From: a virus
Taxonomy: Duplodnaviria > Caudoviricetes
Virus record (IMG/VR): IMGVR_UViG_3300042334_000410
Location: 1-38,155 of that record
Strand: one strand, 5' to 3'
Length of the DNA: 38,155 nucleotides
Under the pieces are notes generated by a model, which saw nothing but the letters and a program-made list of their open reading frames with translations, did not search any database and was not told the DNA's origin. Shown here one piece after another: positions 24,116 to 33,933 of the stretch. Each line of letters begins with the position of its first letter. Position 1 is the stretch's first letter. The translations under genes were made by a program, and so were the position numbers.

Positions 24116-26005
24116 ATGGGTTTAATAGACCGTATTGCCGAAAGAGTAGCCGCCGAAATTACTAAGGCGCCGCGTCTGCCAGTAGGCGCTGTAACAATGA
24201 CCGAAATGGATATGCGTAACGCCGCAAATCAAACTACTTACGGACAGAGTGTTGCACTTCCACGCGACCCAATGGTGTCAGGCGTTCCATTTGCTCCTGG
24301 TATGCCAATTATTCCGGGCGCAATTAATCCGCCTCGCGCAGATAGTGGACGTCCTGACCCACGCCGTTATGAATTTCAAGTTGCACAAAACATTAACATT
24401 ACGGCAACTAAACTTGTGCCGTTTGCAACGTTACGTGCCGCCGCTGACCAAATTGATATTTTACGCCGTTGTATTGAAGTGTTAAAGGCAAAGATTTCGG
24501 GCTTAGAGTGGGACATTGTTTTGGCAGAAGATTCAGCCGAAAAGATTATTACAGAAATTGGCGGTAATCACGTTCGCGCTATGTCAGTTGCGCGTGACAG
24601 ATATACGGAAGAGATTAGCCGCCTTAGAGAATTTTGGGAACAGCCTGACCCTACTAACGGACTTCTATTTACCGATTGGCTTAATATTGCACTAGAAGAA
24701 ATTTTGGTGCTGGACGCGTGGGCAGTTTGGCCTCAACCATCAGTAGGCGGCGATTTGCTCGGCTTGCAGATACTAGATGGCTCAACTATTAAGCCGCTTA
24801 TTGATGACCGAGGAATGCGACCACAAGCGCCTTATCCTGCATTTCAGCAGATTCTTTTTGGCTTCCCACGTAGCGAATTTGCCGCGTCAGATGGCAAAGA
24901 AAACGCAGATGGCGAATTCACGTCAGATGAAATGTCTTATATGATTCGCAATCGCCGCACAATGACAGTTTATGGCTACTCGCCAACAGAACGTGCCTTG
25001 GCGCTCGCGGACATTTATCTACGCCGCCAACAATGGCTACGTGCCGAATATACAGACGGCGTAACGCCTGAATTGCTTATGAAAACAGACGCCAACTTTG
25101 GCAATAACCCTGATTTGCTTCGCGCTTATGAAAACATTTTCAATGATGATTTGGCAGGACAAACAGAGCAACGCAAACGTGTAAGACTATTGCCAACTGG
25201 AATGGAACCAGTTCAGTTTGAAGGCTATGGCGAACGCTTTAAAGATACATTAGATGAGTATTTGGTTAATAGTATTTGCGGTCACTACGGCGTAATGCCA
25301 TCTGAGATTGGTTTTAATCCTAAAGGCGGCTTAGGCGGTGGCGGTTTCCAATTGGGTCAGGCTGAATCGTCAGAAGTTATCGGCGCAATTCCATTGGCTA
25401 ACTGGGTTGCACGTATGCTGAGCCACTTGTCCTATACATACTTGGGTATGCCACGCGAACTTGAATTTAAGTTTATGGAATCAGGACGCCAAGATTTAGA
25501 ATCAATTGCGCGCACACGTGACATTGAAACTAAGTCAGGCAGTTTAACTCTTAACGAATCACGTAGTCGTGGCGGTATGCCGTTAATTGAATCGCCTGTT
25601 GCCGATATGCCGATGATTGTTACAGGAACTGGCGGTTATTTTGTAACAGAAAGTGGCATTATTCCTTTTGACAGCGCACTTGAAGGCGTATCTGCGCCTG
25701 CCGAGGACGCAATTGCTATTGAATCAGGCGGTGACGTAGGCGGCGGTTCAGAGGCGTCTGTGCCTAACGTAGAAGATAAGCCAACAGAAGCCGAATCAAA
25801 TGAGCAAGTAGAAGATTCAGAGTATGACGAAGGCTTAAAAGCGGCGGACGAACTTAAAATGTTTCTGCGTTGGCTAAAGAAATCGCCTACTCGTCCATTT
25901 AATTTCCGTGAAGTGCCTGTTGTATATGCCGAAGTGTTAAATAAGTTTATTGGCATTGGCGATTATGACAGCGCAAGATGGTATGCCGAACGATATTTGG
26001 CGTAA
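24116..26005 (+). CDS. Portal protein
   Basis: ATG 24116 behind AAGGAG; 'LRRCIEV.K..I', 'LQILDGSTIKP', 'YGYSPTE', 'ICGHYGVMPSEIGF', 'LTLNESR'; position in the head module. Confidence 0.9.
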   Translation: MGLIDRIAERVAAEITKAPRLPVGAVTMTEMDMRNAANQTTYGQSVALPRDPMVSGVPFAPGMPIIPGAINPPRADSGRPDPRRYEFQVAQNINITATKLVPFATLRAAADQIDILRRCIEVLKAKISGLEWDIVLAEDSAEKIITEIGGNHVRAMSVARDRYTEEISRLREFWEQPDPTNGLLFTDWLNIALEEILVLDAWAVWPQPSVGGDLLGLQILDGSTIKPLIDDRGMRPQAPYPAFQQILFGFPRSEFAASDGKENADGEFTSDEMSYMIRNRRTMTVYGYSPTERALALADIYLRRQQWLRAEYTDGVTPELLMKTDANFGNNPDLLRAYENIFNDDLAGQTEQRKRVRLLPTGMEPVQFEGYGERFKDTLDEYLVNSICGHYGVMPSEIGFNPKGGLGGGGFQLGQAESSEVIGAIPLANWVARMLSHLSYTYLGMPRELEFKFMESGRQDLESIARTRDIETKSGSLTLNESRSRGGMPLIESPVADMPMIVTGTGGYFVTESGIIPFDSALEGVSAPAEDAIAIESGGDVGGGSEASVPNVEDKPTEAESNEQVEDSEYDEGLKAADELKMFLRWLKKSPTRPFNFREVPVVYAEVLNKFIGIGDYDSARWYAERYLA

Positions 26006-26851
26006 ATGGCAAATCAGGCGTGGCGAAAAAAGAACGGCGCTAAAGTCCGATTGGCGGCAAGGCGCGCCAATTTAATTAGGCAAGCGTTACGAGAAAGCGT
26101 TAATATTTCCCAAGTGCAAGAAGATTGGGCGAGCGCACAACCCAATGCCGAATCTATGACAACAGAACAGGCGCGCCAATGGGCACGAACAAATGTTCGC
26201 TTTAATTCTGAACCACTTATGACCGCATTTCGCACACTTTACGCAGAATCATATTTACTTGGCGAAGATATTGCTATGAACTCAATAGCCAAAGCCAAGA
26301 TAAACAAGGCGCCTACTAAACAACAGTTGCAACGAGCCGTTGGCATTAACTGGGATAACTGGAAGGCTGGCAATAGAGCCGCCTCTTTGCTTGTCAGTAA
26401 GCCACGCGGTCTTTCCACGCTGTTAGATTCTCGCGGCGTAACGATACAAGGCATTAACAGAACAACGATGGACAGAATAGGCACAAGATTGGCAACTGCT
26501 TTGGCACAAGGCTTGCCGCCTAGTGAAGTTGATTTGTCGGACTTTTTTGATGATTCTGAACGCGCTTTGGCAATTGCACAAACCGAAATGAGCCGCGCAG
26601 TTGCAACGGCAAGTCGCCAGTTATACGAGGAAAGTGGCGTGGAACTGGTAGAGTGGATTGTTGCCGACCCTTGCGATTTATGCCAAGAGAACGCCGATGT
26701 GTCGCCTATCCGTATTGATGACACGTTTCCAAGTGGAGATACGGAACCGCCAGCACACCCAAATTGCGTGTGTGACATTTCGCCATATGTGGTAGATACA
26801 CGTGATATTGGCGAGGATGCACTATCGTATATTCTTGATGGAGAGGATTAA
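26006..26851 (+). CDS. Minor head protein (MuF / SPP1 gp7-like)
   Basis: 'RALAIAQTEMSRA', 'EW...CDLCQEN', 'PPAHPNCVC'. Confidence 0.9.
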   Translation: MANQAWRKKNGAKVRLAARRANLIRQALRESVNISQVQEDWASAQPNAESMTTEQARQWARTNVRFNSEPLMTAFRTLYAESYLLGEDIAMNSIAKAKINKAPTKQQLQRAVGINWDNWKAGNRAASLLVSKPRGLSTLLDSRGVTIQGINRTTMDRIGTRLATALAQGLPPSEVDLSDFFDDSERALAIAQTEMSRAVATASRQLYEESGVELVEWIVADPCDLCQENADVSPIRIDDTFPSGDTEPPAHPNCVCDISPYVVDTRDIGEDALSYILDGED

Positions 26852-26853
26852 CA

Positions 26854-27135
26854 ATGTCTTTTAACCACGTAAATTCCGCAACTTTTACAACACCACAGCC
26901 AATCTTTACGGCGCCAACTGGTATGCCGCGTCAAACTCCGATAACAGTTTATAACGGACACTCTGCTTCTATTTTTATTGGTGACGCGACTATTGCAACA
27001 TCAGGCGCAACTATCGGCAGAACATTGACCGCCGCTAATTCGCAGACGTTCTACGTAAATGGCGGAGATGTTGTTTATGCCGTTTCAGCCGCCGCGTCAG
27101 CCGCAGGCGCAATAGTAATTACTTATTCGGCATAG
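26854..27135 (+). CDS. Small beta-rich virion protein (possible decoration)
   Basis: GGAGAGG RBS; located in the head module. Confidence 0.6.
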   Translation: MSFNHVNSATFTTPQPIFTAPTGMPRQTPITVYNGHSASIFIGDATIATSGATIGRTLTAANSQTFYVNGGDVVYAVSAAASAAGAIVITYSA

Positions 27136-27143
27136 AGTTATAA

Positions 27144-28670
27144 ATGTCCGAAAGTTTTAACCCACCAGCAGGCGTTGTCAGTAATGCCAAACGCGGCTTA
27201 GAATTACGGCGAGAATTTAATCGCGGCGGCACAGAAGTTGGAGTGGCGCGCGCAAGAAGTCTTTCAAATGGTCAAGGAATTCCGTTAGAAACTATCCGCC
27301 GTATGGTATCTTATTTTGCACGGCACGAAGTTGATAAGAAAGGGAAAGATTGGGGAAATGCCTCAAATCCTTCCGCTGGATATATTGCTTGGCTACTGTG
27401 GGGTGGCGACGCAGGAAAAACTTGGGCAGATAGTATTTCCGAGAGAGAAAAGAAAAAGGATAAATCAATGACCGCTAACTTTACTACTTCATACGCCGCA
27501 ATTATTAAACAAGAAAAACAAGATGATGGCACGTTACTTGTTTATGGTAAAGCCACAGATGATTCTTTAGATATTGACCAACAAATTTGTGACGCGGCTT
27601 GGCTAGAAAAAGCAATGCCTGAATGGTTTAAAACAGGCGGAAATATCCGCGAACAACACAGCAGTATTGCCGCTGGTGTTGCAAAAGAATTAGATTCAAA
27701 GGCTGATGGACATTACATTTCTGCACTTGTCGTGGATGCACAATCAGTAAAAAAAGTTGAAACTGGCGTACTTAAAGGATTCTCTATTGGAATCAGAGCG
27801 CCACGAATTGTCCGAGATAACAAAGCCGCCAACGGCAGAATTATTGATGGGCAAATTGTAGAAGTTTCATTAGTAGATAGACCAGCAAACCCAAACGCCA
27901 AATTAATGTTGGCAAAGTCAAACGGATTGGAAGTAGTTCAGATGGAACAATTTATTCAAAAAGAAGCAGATGAAACTCCAGTTGAATCTACCGAGCCAAT
28001 TGAAGTTGTCGAAGCAGAAGTTGTTGAAGCAGAAACTGCCGCAGTAGAGGCAGAAGAAGCAAAGGCAGATATGCCTTCAAAAGAGGACGCATTAAAAGCG
28101 TTGGAAGAATTGCGCGAGAATCTTATGGCGCACGAAAAGATGTGCAAAGAACTTGGCTATCTTGAAGAAGAAGATGACAAGGCATTAGAGCCTGTTGGCG
28201 AATCAGCCGAAGAGGAAACAGAAGAAGGCTCAAAGCCAGAAGCGGCAGAAGAAGAAGTTGAAGAAGCCGAAGGCAAGAAAACAGCAGAAGGCGAAACAGC
28301 CGAAGAAGCAAAAGAAAATTCCGTTGAAGAAACGGAACAACCTGCTCTAGATGATGACGTTATTGACGCCATTGTTGATAAAGCCGTAAAGAGTGCAACA
28401 GCAACTGTTCGTGATGAGATTAAATCCTATAAAGAGGAAATTAATAAGTTACAGGCAGAGTTGGCAACGGCTAAGAACAAAGCAGTAGGTAGCGGACCGA
28501 AGCGCGCCGTAGTAAGTAAGCCAGCAATTCTTGAATTCAATGAGTTCAGCCGAATTGCCGAGCAATACCGTGCTAAGGCGGCAGATACCACCGACAATCA
28601 ATTGGCGTTGGGATATCGGGAATTGGCGGCAGAGTTTGAAGCCAAAGCCGTTGCATTAATTAACAACTAA
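27144..28670 (+). CDS. Prohead protease-scaffold fusion with extra N-terminal domain
   Basis: 'IREQH', 'GVLKGFSIG', 'EVSLVDRPANP' (HK97-type protease), then an acidic coiled-coil scaffold. Confidence 0.88.
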   Translation: MSESFNPPAGVVSNAKRGLELRREFNRGGTEVGVARARSLSNGQGIPLETIRRMVSYFARHEVDKKGKDWGNASNPSAGYIAWLLWGGDAGKTWADSISEREKKKDKSMTANFTTSYAAIIKQEKQDDGTLLVYGKATDDSLDIDQQICDAAWLEKAMPEWFKTGGNIREQHSSIAAGVAKELDSKADGHYISALVVDAQSVKKVETGVLKGFSIGIRAPRIVRDNKAANGRIIDGQIVEVSLVDRPANPNAKLMLAKSNGLEVVQMEQFIQKEADETPVESTEPIEVVEAEVVEAETAAVEAEEAKADMPSKEDALKALEELRENLMAHEKMCKELGYLEEEDDKALEPVGESAEEETEEGSKPEAAEEEVEEAEGKKTAEGETAEEAKENSVEETEQPALDDDVIDAIVDKAVKSATATVRDEIKSYKEEINKLQAELATAKNKAVGSGPKRAVVSKPAILEFNEFSRIAEQYRAKAADTTDNQLALGYRELAAEFEAKAVALINN

Positions 28671-28699
28671 CCAAATAAACTCTTTACGAAAGGAAACAA

Positions 28700-30406
28700 A
28701 TGGCAACATCAGCCTTGAAAGCCACAGAATTGTTTTCTGACGCGACTTCTGCAAAAGACGCCGCACTACGTCAGGAAGAATTCTCATCTGCTTTTAATAA
28801 GTCTGTAAATGCCTCTGTTACTGACCCATCTGCCATTATGGCAATTAAGTCAGGCACAGCGACATTTGCAACAGTAGCGCCAACACCAGTTGCGCAACTT
28901 GAATCACTAATGTCCAACAAGTCACTTACACCTGACGCAGTAGGCGCGCTTAATAACGCACTTGCTTCACAGCGTATGGCTATGCAGGATATTCAGAAAG
29001 AAATCACACTTACATCTCCACTTAGCACATCATTTGCAGCCTTTGACCTAGAAGCGCCTGCAAAGTTGCTTACACCACGTCCAACACCACTACGTAACCG
29101 AATTCCACGCAAAAAAGGCGTTGGTACTTCACACCGCGTTAAGCGTATTCTTGGTTACACAGGTACAGGAACTGGCGGAGTTGGAAACACTTGGCCGGGA
29201 ATCACACAAAGCACAACTACTGCATTTGGTTCAATTAACTTTGAACGCGGACCACAAATCTCATATGCCGCAGATGACTTAGTACTTCCTTACAACTCTT
29301 ACTCACTATCTGACGCGGTTTCGTTTGACGCAAACTTCTCAGGTATGGGATATCAGGACTTGCGCCAACTTTCATCTACTTCAACTCTATATGCAACAAT
29401 GCTTATGGAAGAACGTATGATGTTGATGGCTCGCGGAACTGCAAGCGGATATTCAGGCGCGCTATCGGCACCTGCAACTGTAACTCTTTCATCACCTGTT
29501 GCAAGCGGTTCAGAAACTGCAATTGCGGCAGCAACTTACTATGTTTATGTAACAGCAAACGCTGGTATCGCAGGCTCAGGCTTCGGCGAATCAATCGTTT
29601 CAACTGTTCAATCAACAGCAGTTGCGTCAGGCGATGTTCTTGGAATTTCTTGGACTGCCGTTACAGGCAACCTTGGTTACAACATTTATGTTGGCACATC
29701 TACAGGAACAGCAAACTGTACCTATGTAGGAACAGCACAAGGAACTTCTGCTGTAATTCAAGGCGCAGGAACTGTCGGTCTAACTGGCAATAACTTCGCT
29801 CTAACAACAACAGGAGCCGCCGCGTCACGCGCAAACGCAGATACATCTGCATATGCAACTGGCTATGACGGAATTCTGCCTACTGTTCTTGGCGCTAACT
29901 CAGGCTATAACAATACAATTAACAGCACATTCAGCACATCAAACCCTGGTACTGAATATCAGACCGTTTTCTACAATCTCTACAACAATGTTAAGGCTGA
30001 CCCTGATGAAATTCTTATCAATGGTTCAGACCGCAAGCAGTTGTCAGACGCAATTAAAAACGGCTCAACAGCAAACTACCGTCTAAACCTCACACAAACA
30101 GAGGCTGGCGATTACATTGGCGGCGCAACAATTGGTGCGCTTTACAATGAAATCACAGGCAAGATGGTTCCACTTACTGTTCACCCTTGGTTGCCACAGG
30201 GCGTTTCTCCTGTTCTGTCATACACTTTGCCAATTCCTGATACAGAGGTATCAGATGTTTGGTCAAACTTTATGGTTCAGGACTATATGGGAATCCAATG
30301 GCCTGTAACTCAATTCCAGTACGAATTTTCCACCTACTTCCGTGGAACTTTCTTCTGTACCGCTCCTGCTTGGAACGGCGCAGTATCAGGAATTGTTTCT
30401 GCATAA
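28700..30406 (+). CDS. Major capsid protein (568 aa, with internal Ig/Fn3-like insertion)
   Basis: AAGGA RBS; follows protease/scaffold; 'TPLRNRIPRKKG', 'LTVHPWLPQG'; strongly biased codons; terminator downstream. Confidence 0.85.
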   Translation: MATSALKATELFSDATSAKDAALRQEEFSSAFNKSVNASVTDPSAIMAIKSGTATFATVAPTPVAQLESLMSNKSLTPDAVGALNNALASQRMAMQDIQKEITLTSPLSTSFAAFDLEAPAKLLTPRPTPLRNRIPRKKGVGTSHRVKRILGYTGTGTGGVGNTWPGITQSTTTAFGSINFERGPQISYAADDLVLPYNSYSLSDAVSFDANFSGMGYQDLRQLSSTSTLYATMLMEERMMLMARGTASGYSGALSAPATVTLSSPVASGSETAIAAATYYVYVTANAGIAGSGFGESIVSTVQSTAVASGDVLGISWTAVTGNLGYNIYVGTSTGTANCTYVGTAQGTSAVIQGAGTVGLTGNNFALTTTGAAASRANADTSAYATGYDGILPTVLGANSGYNNTINSTFSTSNPGTEYQTVFYNLYNNVKADPDEILINGSDRKQLSDAIKNGSTANYRLNLTQTEAGDYIGGATIGALYNEITGKMVPLTVHPWLPQGVSPVLSYTLPIPDTEVSDVWSNFMVQDYMGIQWPVTQFQYEFSTYFRGTFFCTAPAWNGAVSGIVSA

Positions 30407-30534
30407 TGTGTCTAGTATGTGGTTGCAATCAGCCAGCACTTAGTCACGGCGGCGGTCAGACAATCTTGCCTGACGGCACAACCGCGACTATGACTACGGC
30501 TGTAATGGTTACACCTAACGAAACACCAAAGTAA
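30406..30534 (+). CDS. Small Cys/His protein (42 aa)
   Basis: TAATG overlap with capsid stop; MCLVCGCNQPALSHGG... Confidence 0.6.
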   Translation: MCLVCGCNQPALSHGGGQTILPDGTTATMTTAVMVTPNETPK

Positions 30535-30543
30535 TTCGTCAAG

Positions 30544-30582
30544 AAGGGTGGCGCGTCATATAGTGGGCGCGCCACCTTTTTT
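30544..30582 (+). terminator. Intrinsic terminator after capsid operon
   Basis: GGTGGCGCGTC/GGCGCGCCACC stem followed by TTTTTT. Confidence 0.88.
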
Positions 30583-30601
30583 AACTTAGAAAGGCAAACA
30601 A

Positions 30602-30889
30602 ATGGGAAGATTATTAGCGTCAGATGGCGGCGTTAAAGGCGTGGACATTACAACAGAGCGCGGTGTGCGTTCATATAATCCTGATAAAAAAGGCGTTATA
30701 ACAGTTGATAATCCAACACACGCCAAACGATTGAAGGCAGAGGGTTTTTTTGAAGCGTCACTAATGGGTGCAACTGTTGGCGGCGAAAGTCTTGGTTACA
30801 CTTGTTTAGAGTGTGGCTTTGGGAGTTGGTTTGCTTTGTGTAGCCGTTGCGGTCATAACAACAGCACAACACCTAGAGATGGAGAATAA
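30602..30889 (+). CDS. Hypothetical head-module protein with C-terminal Zn ribbon
   Basis: 'CLECGFGSWFALCSRCG'. Confidence 0.75.
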   Translation: MGRLLASDGGVKGVDITTERGVRSYNPDKKGVITVDNPTHAKRLKAEGFFEASLMGATVGGESLGYTCLECGFGSWFALCSRCGHNNSTTPRDGE

Positions 30890-31776
30890 TGGCAATTGGT
30901 TTAAATACGGACACGTTTTTTGAAAGCCCATATCTAACTGCGGCTGAATATTTAAACGCGCCAACTTCTATTGATTACACTAATTTGGTTGTAGGCGGTA
31001 ATGGTGCCGCACAAGAAGCCGAACTTAGTCGTGTCATTTTGCGAGCGTCATCATTTCTTGATGAGTATTTGAACCAAAATCTTGTTGCCACGCGCAAAGT
31101 AGAAACACAACGCACGCGTTTTATGCCTAACGGATTTATTTCGTTACACCCAAACCAAAATCCAATTATTGCGTTAGAGGAATTTTCTTACGGAATGGCG
31201 CCAAATCAGTTGGTGGCAATTCCTGACCCTTCTTTGTGCTGGTTTGAATCACAACAAATTGTTATACCACTTAGCCAAATGTCGCTTACTTGGTCGTCTA
31301 GCGGACCACTTTCTTTTGGCGGCGGTGGCTCTAACTCAAATCAAATTTATTGCAAATACACATACACTTCGGGGTACGTTAATAACCCGATTGCTGTGGC
31401 GATAGCGGCGGCAAGTTCTATGACAGTTGCCAACCCAACTGGAATTGTGGCAGGGCAAGCGTTACGAATTTACGATGGCGCAAAGTCAGAGTTAGTTTAT
31501 GTTGCCAGTAACTACACATACGGCTCAACTACCGTCCAATTAGCCTCTCCGTTGCTCTACGACCACGCCGCAGGCACAACCTTTGGTAATCTGCCAAATG
31601 CCATTAAAGAGGCTTGTATCCTCGTTACAACGGCTTTTATTAAAATGCGTGGCGATAGTTCTATGACAATGCAAGTAACGGTTAATCCAAGCGGAAACAT
31701 TACAGGCGCAGAGCGTTACGGCTCAGAAATTGCACTTGCTTTGGAGATGGTCAGCCTGTATCGCCGAGTGCGTTAA
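30889..31776 (+). CDS. Head-tail adaptor / connector
   Basis: 'YLTAAEY', 'ILRASSFLDEYL', 'YTYTSGY', 'LPNAIKEACIL', 'YRRVR'. Confidence 0.8.
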   Translation: MAIGLNTDTFFESPYLTAAEYLNAPTSIDYTNLVVGGNGAAQEAELSRVILRASSFLDEYLNQNLVATRKVETQRTRFMPNGFISLHPNQNPIIALEEFSYGMAPNQLVAIPDPSLCWFESQQIVIPLSQMSLTWSSSGPLSFGGGGSNSNQIYCKYTYTSGYVNNPIAVAIAAASSMTVANPTGIVAGQALRIYDGAKSELVYVASNYTYGSTTVQLASPLLYDHAAGTTFGNLPNAIKEACILVTTAFIKMRGDSSMTMQVTVNPSGNITGAERYGSEIALALEMVSLYRRVR

Positions 31777-32273
31777 TGGCAACGCTTACAGGTCGCGCCG
31801 CCGTACGCGCACAATTGTCCAGTTTTATTTCCAATCCACCGCTTCCTACTTTAAATCAAGTGTGGACTTCTTTCCCTAAAAACATTAATTTCCAAGTTAA
31901 TGCACAAGTAGGGCAAATGTCACGTGCTGCTTGCGTTGTATTTATTCAGCAAGAAACAGAAACACGCCTTGCAATTGGTGGCGCCACTAACGGCTGGAAA
32001 CGGATTGACTACACAGTTATTTTGCAAATATTTCAACACTCCCTACACCGCGATTCAACGGCGGCTATGGACGATTTTGATACACTTATTGACGCCATAA
32101 AAGAAAGACTTCGTTCCAACCACAACTTTGGTGACACAACTGGCAACTTAGTGTGGCAAGGTGCAGAGCCAATTATTGACGCCTTTTATGGTGAACCAAG
32201 CACAAACAAAGAGGGAGCAACGGAAACGTTTGCCGAATTGCAGTTTGCTGTAACGCAGATGATTCAAGCATAA
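31776..32273 (+). CDS. Tail terminator / completion protein
   Basis: Size and position between the adaptor and the tube protein. Confidence 0.6.
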   Translation: MATLTGRAAVRAQLSSFISNPPLPTLNQVWTSFPKNINFQVNAQVGQMSRAACVVFIQQETETRLAIGGATNGWKRIDYTVILQIFQHSLHRDSTAAMDDFDTLIDAIKERLRSNHNFGDTTGNLVWQGAEPIIDAFYGEPSTNKEGATETFAELQFAVTQMIQA

Positions 32274-32282
32274 GGAGATGCA

Positions 32283-32477
32283 ATGAAATATAAATACAAT
32301 GGAACAGATGAACGTGTGTTTCCTTCGCTTGGCGTTGTCGTAAAGCCCGGCGAGGAATTTGAAGCACCCGAAGATTTTGTTGCCGCCGATGTTGTGCCTA
32401 GCACTTCATTAACAACAAAAATAGCCAAGCCAACAACAACGTCTGTCGCCACAGACTTACCGCAGGAGAGTGAATAA
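32283..32477 (+). CDS. Hypothetical small virion protein
   Basis: AAGGAG RBS; 'VVKPGEEFEAP'. Confidence 0.7.
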   Translation: MKYKYNGTDERVFPSLGVVVKPGEEFEAPEDFVAADVVPSTSLTTKIAKPTTTSVATDLPQESE

Positions 32478-33464
32478 ATGTCCGTACAAAATTCCGTTCG
32501 TTCCTATATAGGAATTGCCAAAGAAACAACAAAAGGCACAGTAGTTGCGCCAACAGATTTTATCCCAGTAGCAAAAGACAGCCTAAAGCCAGTAGATATT
32601 GTGGACCCACTTTACGATACAGGCTTGCGTGGCTCTAACGTTGTAAATTACAACTATATTCAAGGACGTACACGTTCTACATTTGATTTTGGCGGCGCTG
32701 TATTTGCTGACACTATCGGTTACGGACTTGCTGGCGTTTTAGGTGCAGTTGCAACAACAGGCGCAAGCGCGCCATACACTCACACCATTAGTTTGCTAAA
32801 CAGCCTAACAAGTGATGTTGATGTTCAGCCAATCTCTTACACACTCACCGACTTTTATGCCGTTGATGTGCGTTCATACCCTGGTTGTCAGTTCTCGGAC
32901 TTCTCATTGAAGTTTAACGCGGACGGTATGTTGGAGTATGACGTTAAAGCAACTGGTTGGAAATCAAACACAGTTGCAGACCCAACACCAACCTTCTCAA
33001 CTGTATTGCCTACACCAGTTTGGCAAGGAACGGTTTCAATCGGTGGTTCTACTGTTGCAACAGCAATGGAAGGCTCTATTGAAATGACGCGCGGCGTTAC
33101 ACCTATTTATGGAATTTCTAGCACGCAGAATCCGTATCAGGTTTTTCTTGGCGCACTTGAAGTTACAGGCTCAATTAAGTTTGTAATGGAAAATGATTCA
33201 CAGTTACTAAATTTCCTTAACAACACACAGCCAGCCATTGTTCTTAACTGGGCATACGGCGCAGGCGCAACAGCAGTTCAGATTCAAGCCACAATTACTA
33301 AAGGCGCTTACACCGCCGCAATGATTGAGCGCGGAGATGATTTTGTTTCCGTGTCTATTGAATTGAACGCACAGGCAAATACAACAGATGATGGTGCAAG
33401 CGGTGGTTTTGCGCCAATTAAATGGGTATTGCAGAACGCAAAGGCTTCTGGCACTTACGCGTAA
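32478..33464 (+). CDS. Major tail tube protein
   Basis: 'YIGIAKETTKGTVVAPTDFIP', 'YTHTIS', 'YPGCQFSDFSLKF'; precedes chaperone and tape measure. Confidence 0.88.
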   Translation: MSVQNSVRSYIGIAKETTKGTVVAPTDFIPVAKDSLKPVDIVDPLYDTGLRGSNVVNYNYIQGRTRSTFDFGGAVFADTIGYGLAGVLGAVATTGASAPYTHTISLLNSLTSDVDVQPISYTLTDFYAVDVRSYPGCQFSDFSLKFNADGMLEYDVKATGWKSNTVADPTPTFSTVLPTPVWQGTVSIGGSTVATAMEGSIEMTRGVTPIYGISSTQNPYQVFLGALEVTGSIKFVMENDSQLLNFLNNTQPAIVLNWAYGAGATAVQIQATITKGAYTAAMIERGDDFVSVSIELNAQANTTDDGASGGFAPIKWVLQNAKASGTYA

Positions 33465-33477
33465 GGTCAGAATAAAT

Positions 33478-33529
33478 GTGCTAAGGGGCGGTTGTAGAAA
33501 ACGCCTTCCTTTCTCTCGCCCCTTAGCAC
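33478..33529 (+). promoter_or_regulatory. Hairpin after tube gene with loop GCCTTCC complementary to downstream GGAAGGC / GGAAGG RBS
   Basis: GTGCTAAGGGGCGG/TCGCCCCTTAGCAC and AGAAA/TTTCT stems; loop 33501-09. Confidence 0.6.
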
Positions 33530-33576
33530 CCTATTTAAGTTAAAATCGGAAGGCAACCCCGATGGAAGGAAAAAAA

Positions 33577-33933
33577 ATGGCTAGTAAAACAGTTAAGTTA
33601 CCAAGTGGCGCAGAGGTAGTTCTACGTGACCCATCTACGCTAAGAGTTAAAGACCGCCGCAAGATATTTGCCAACGCTTCTAACGCCAAAGAAGGCATTA
33701 TGCAAGCGTTGTCCCTTACTGACGGCTTAATTGCTGTTTTGGTTGAATCTTGGACTTTGGATTTAATGATTCCGTCTATTCGTATTTCATCTATTGACGA
33801 AATGGAAATGGCTGATTATGACGCATTAACGGAACATACTAAAGAAGCGCAAAAAGTTCTGTTCCCACAAACGCAAGAAACGGAAGAATCGGCAAAGGAT
33901 ATTGAAAGCCCTTTCGGCGACTCCAACGATTAA
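33577..33933 (+). CDS. Tail assembly chaperone (G)
   Basis: ATG 33577 behind GGAAGGA; lies between tube and tape measure; slippery heptamer near the 3' end. Confidence 0.82.
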   Translation: MASKTVKLPSGAEVVLRDPSTLRVKDRRKIFANASNAKEGIMQALSLTDGLIAVLVESWTLDLMIPSIRISSIDEMEMADYDALTEHTKEAQKVLFPQTQETEESAKDIESPFGDSND

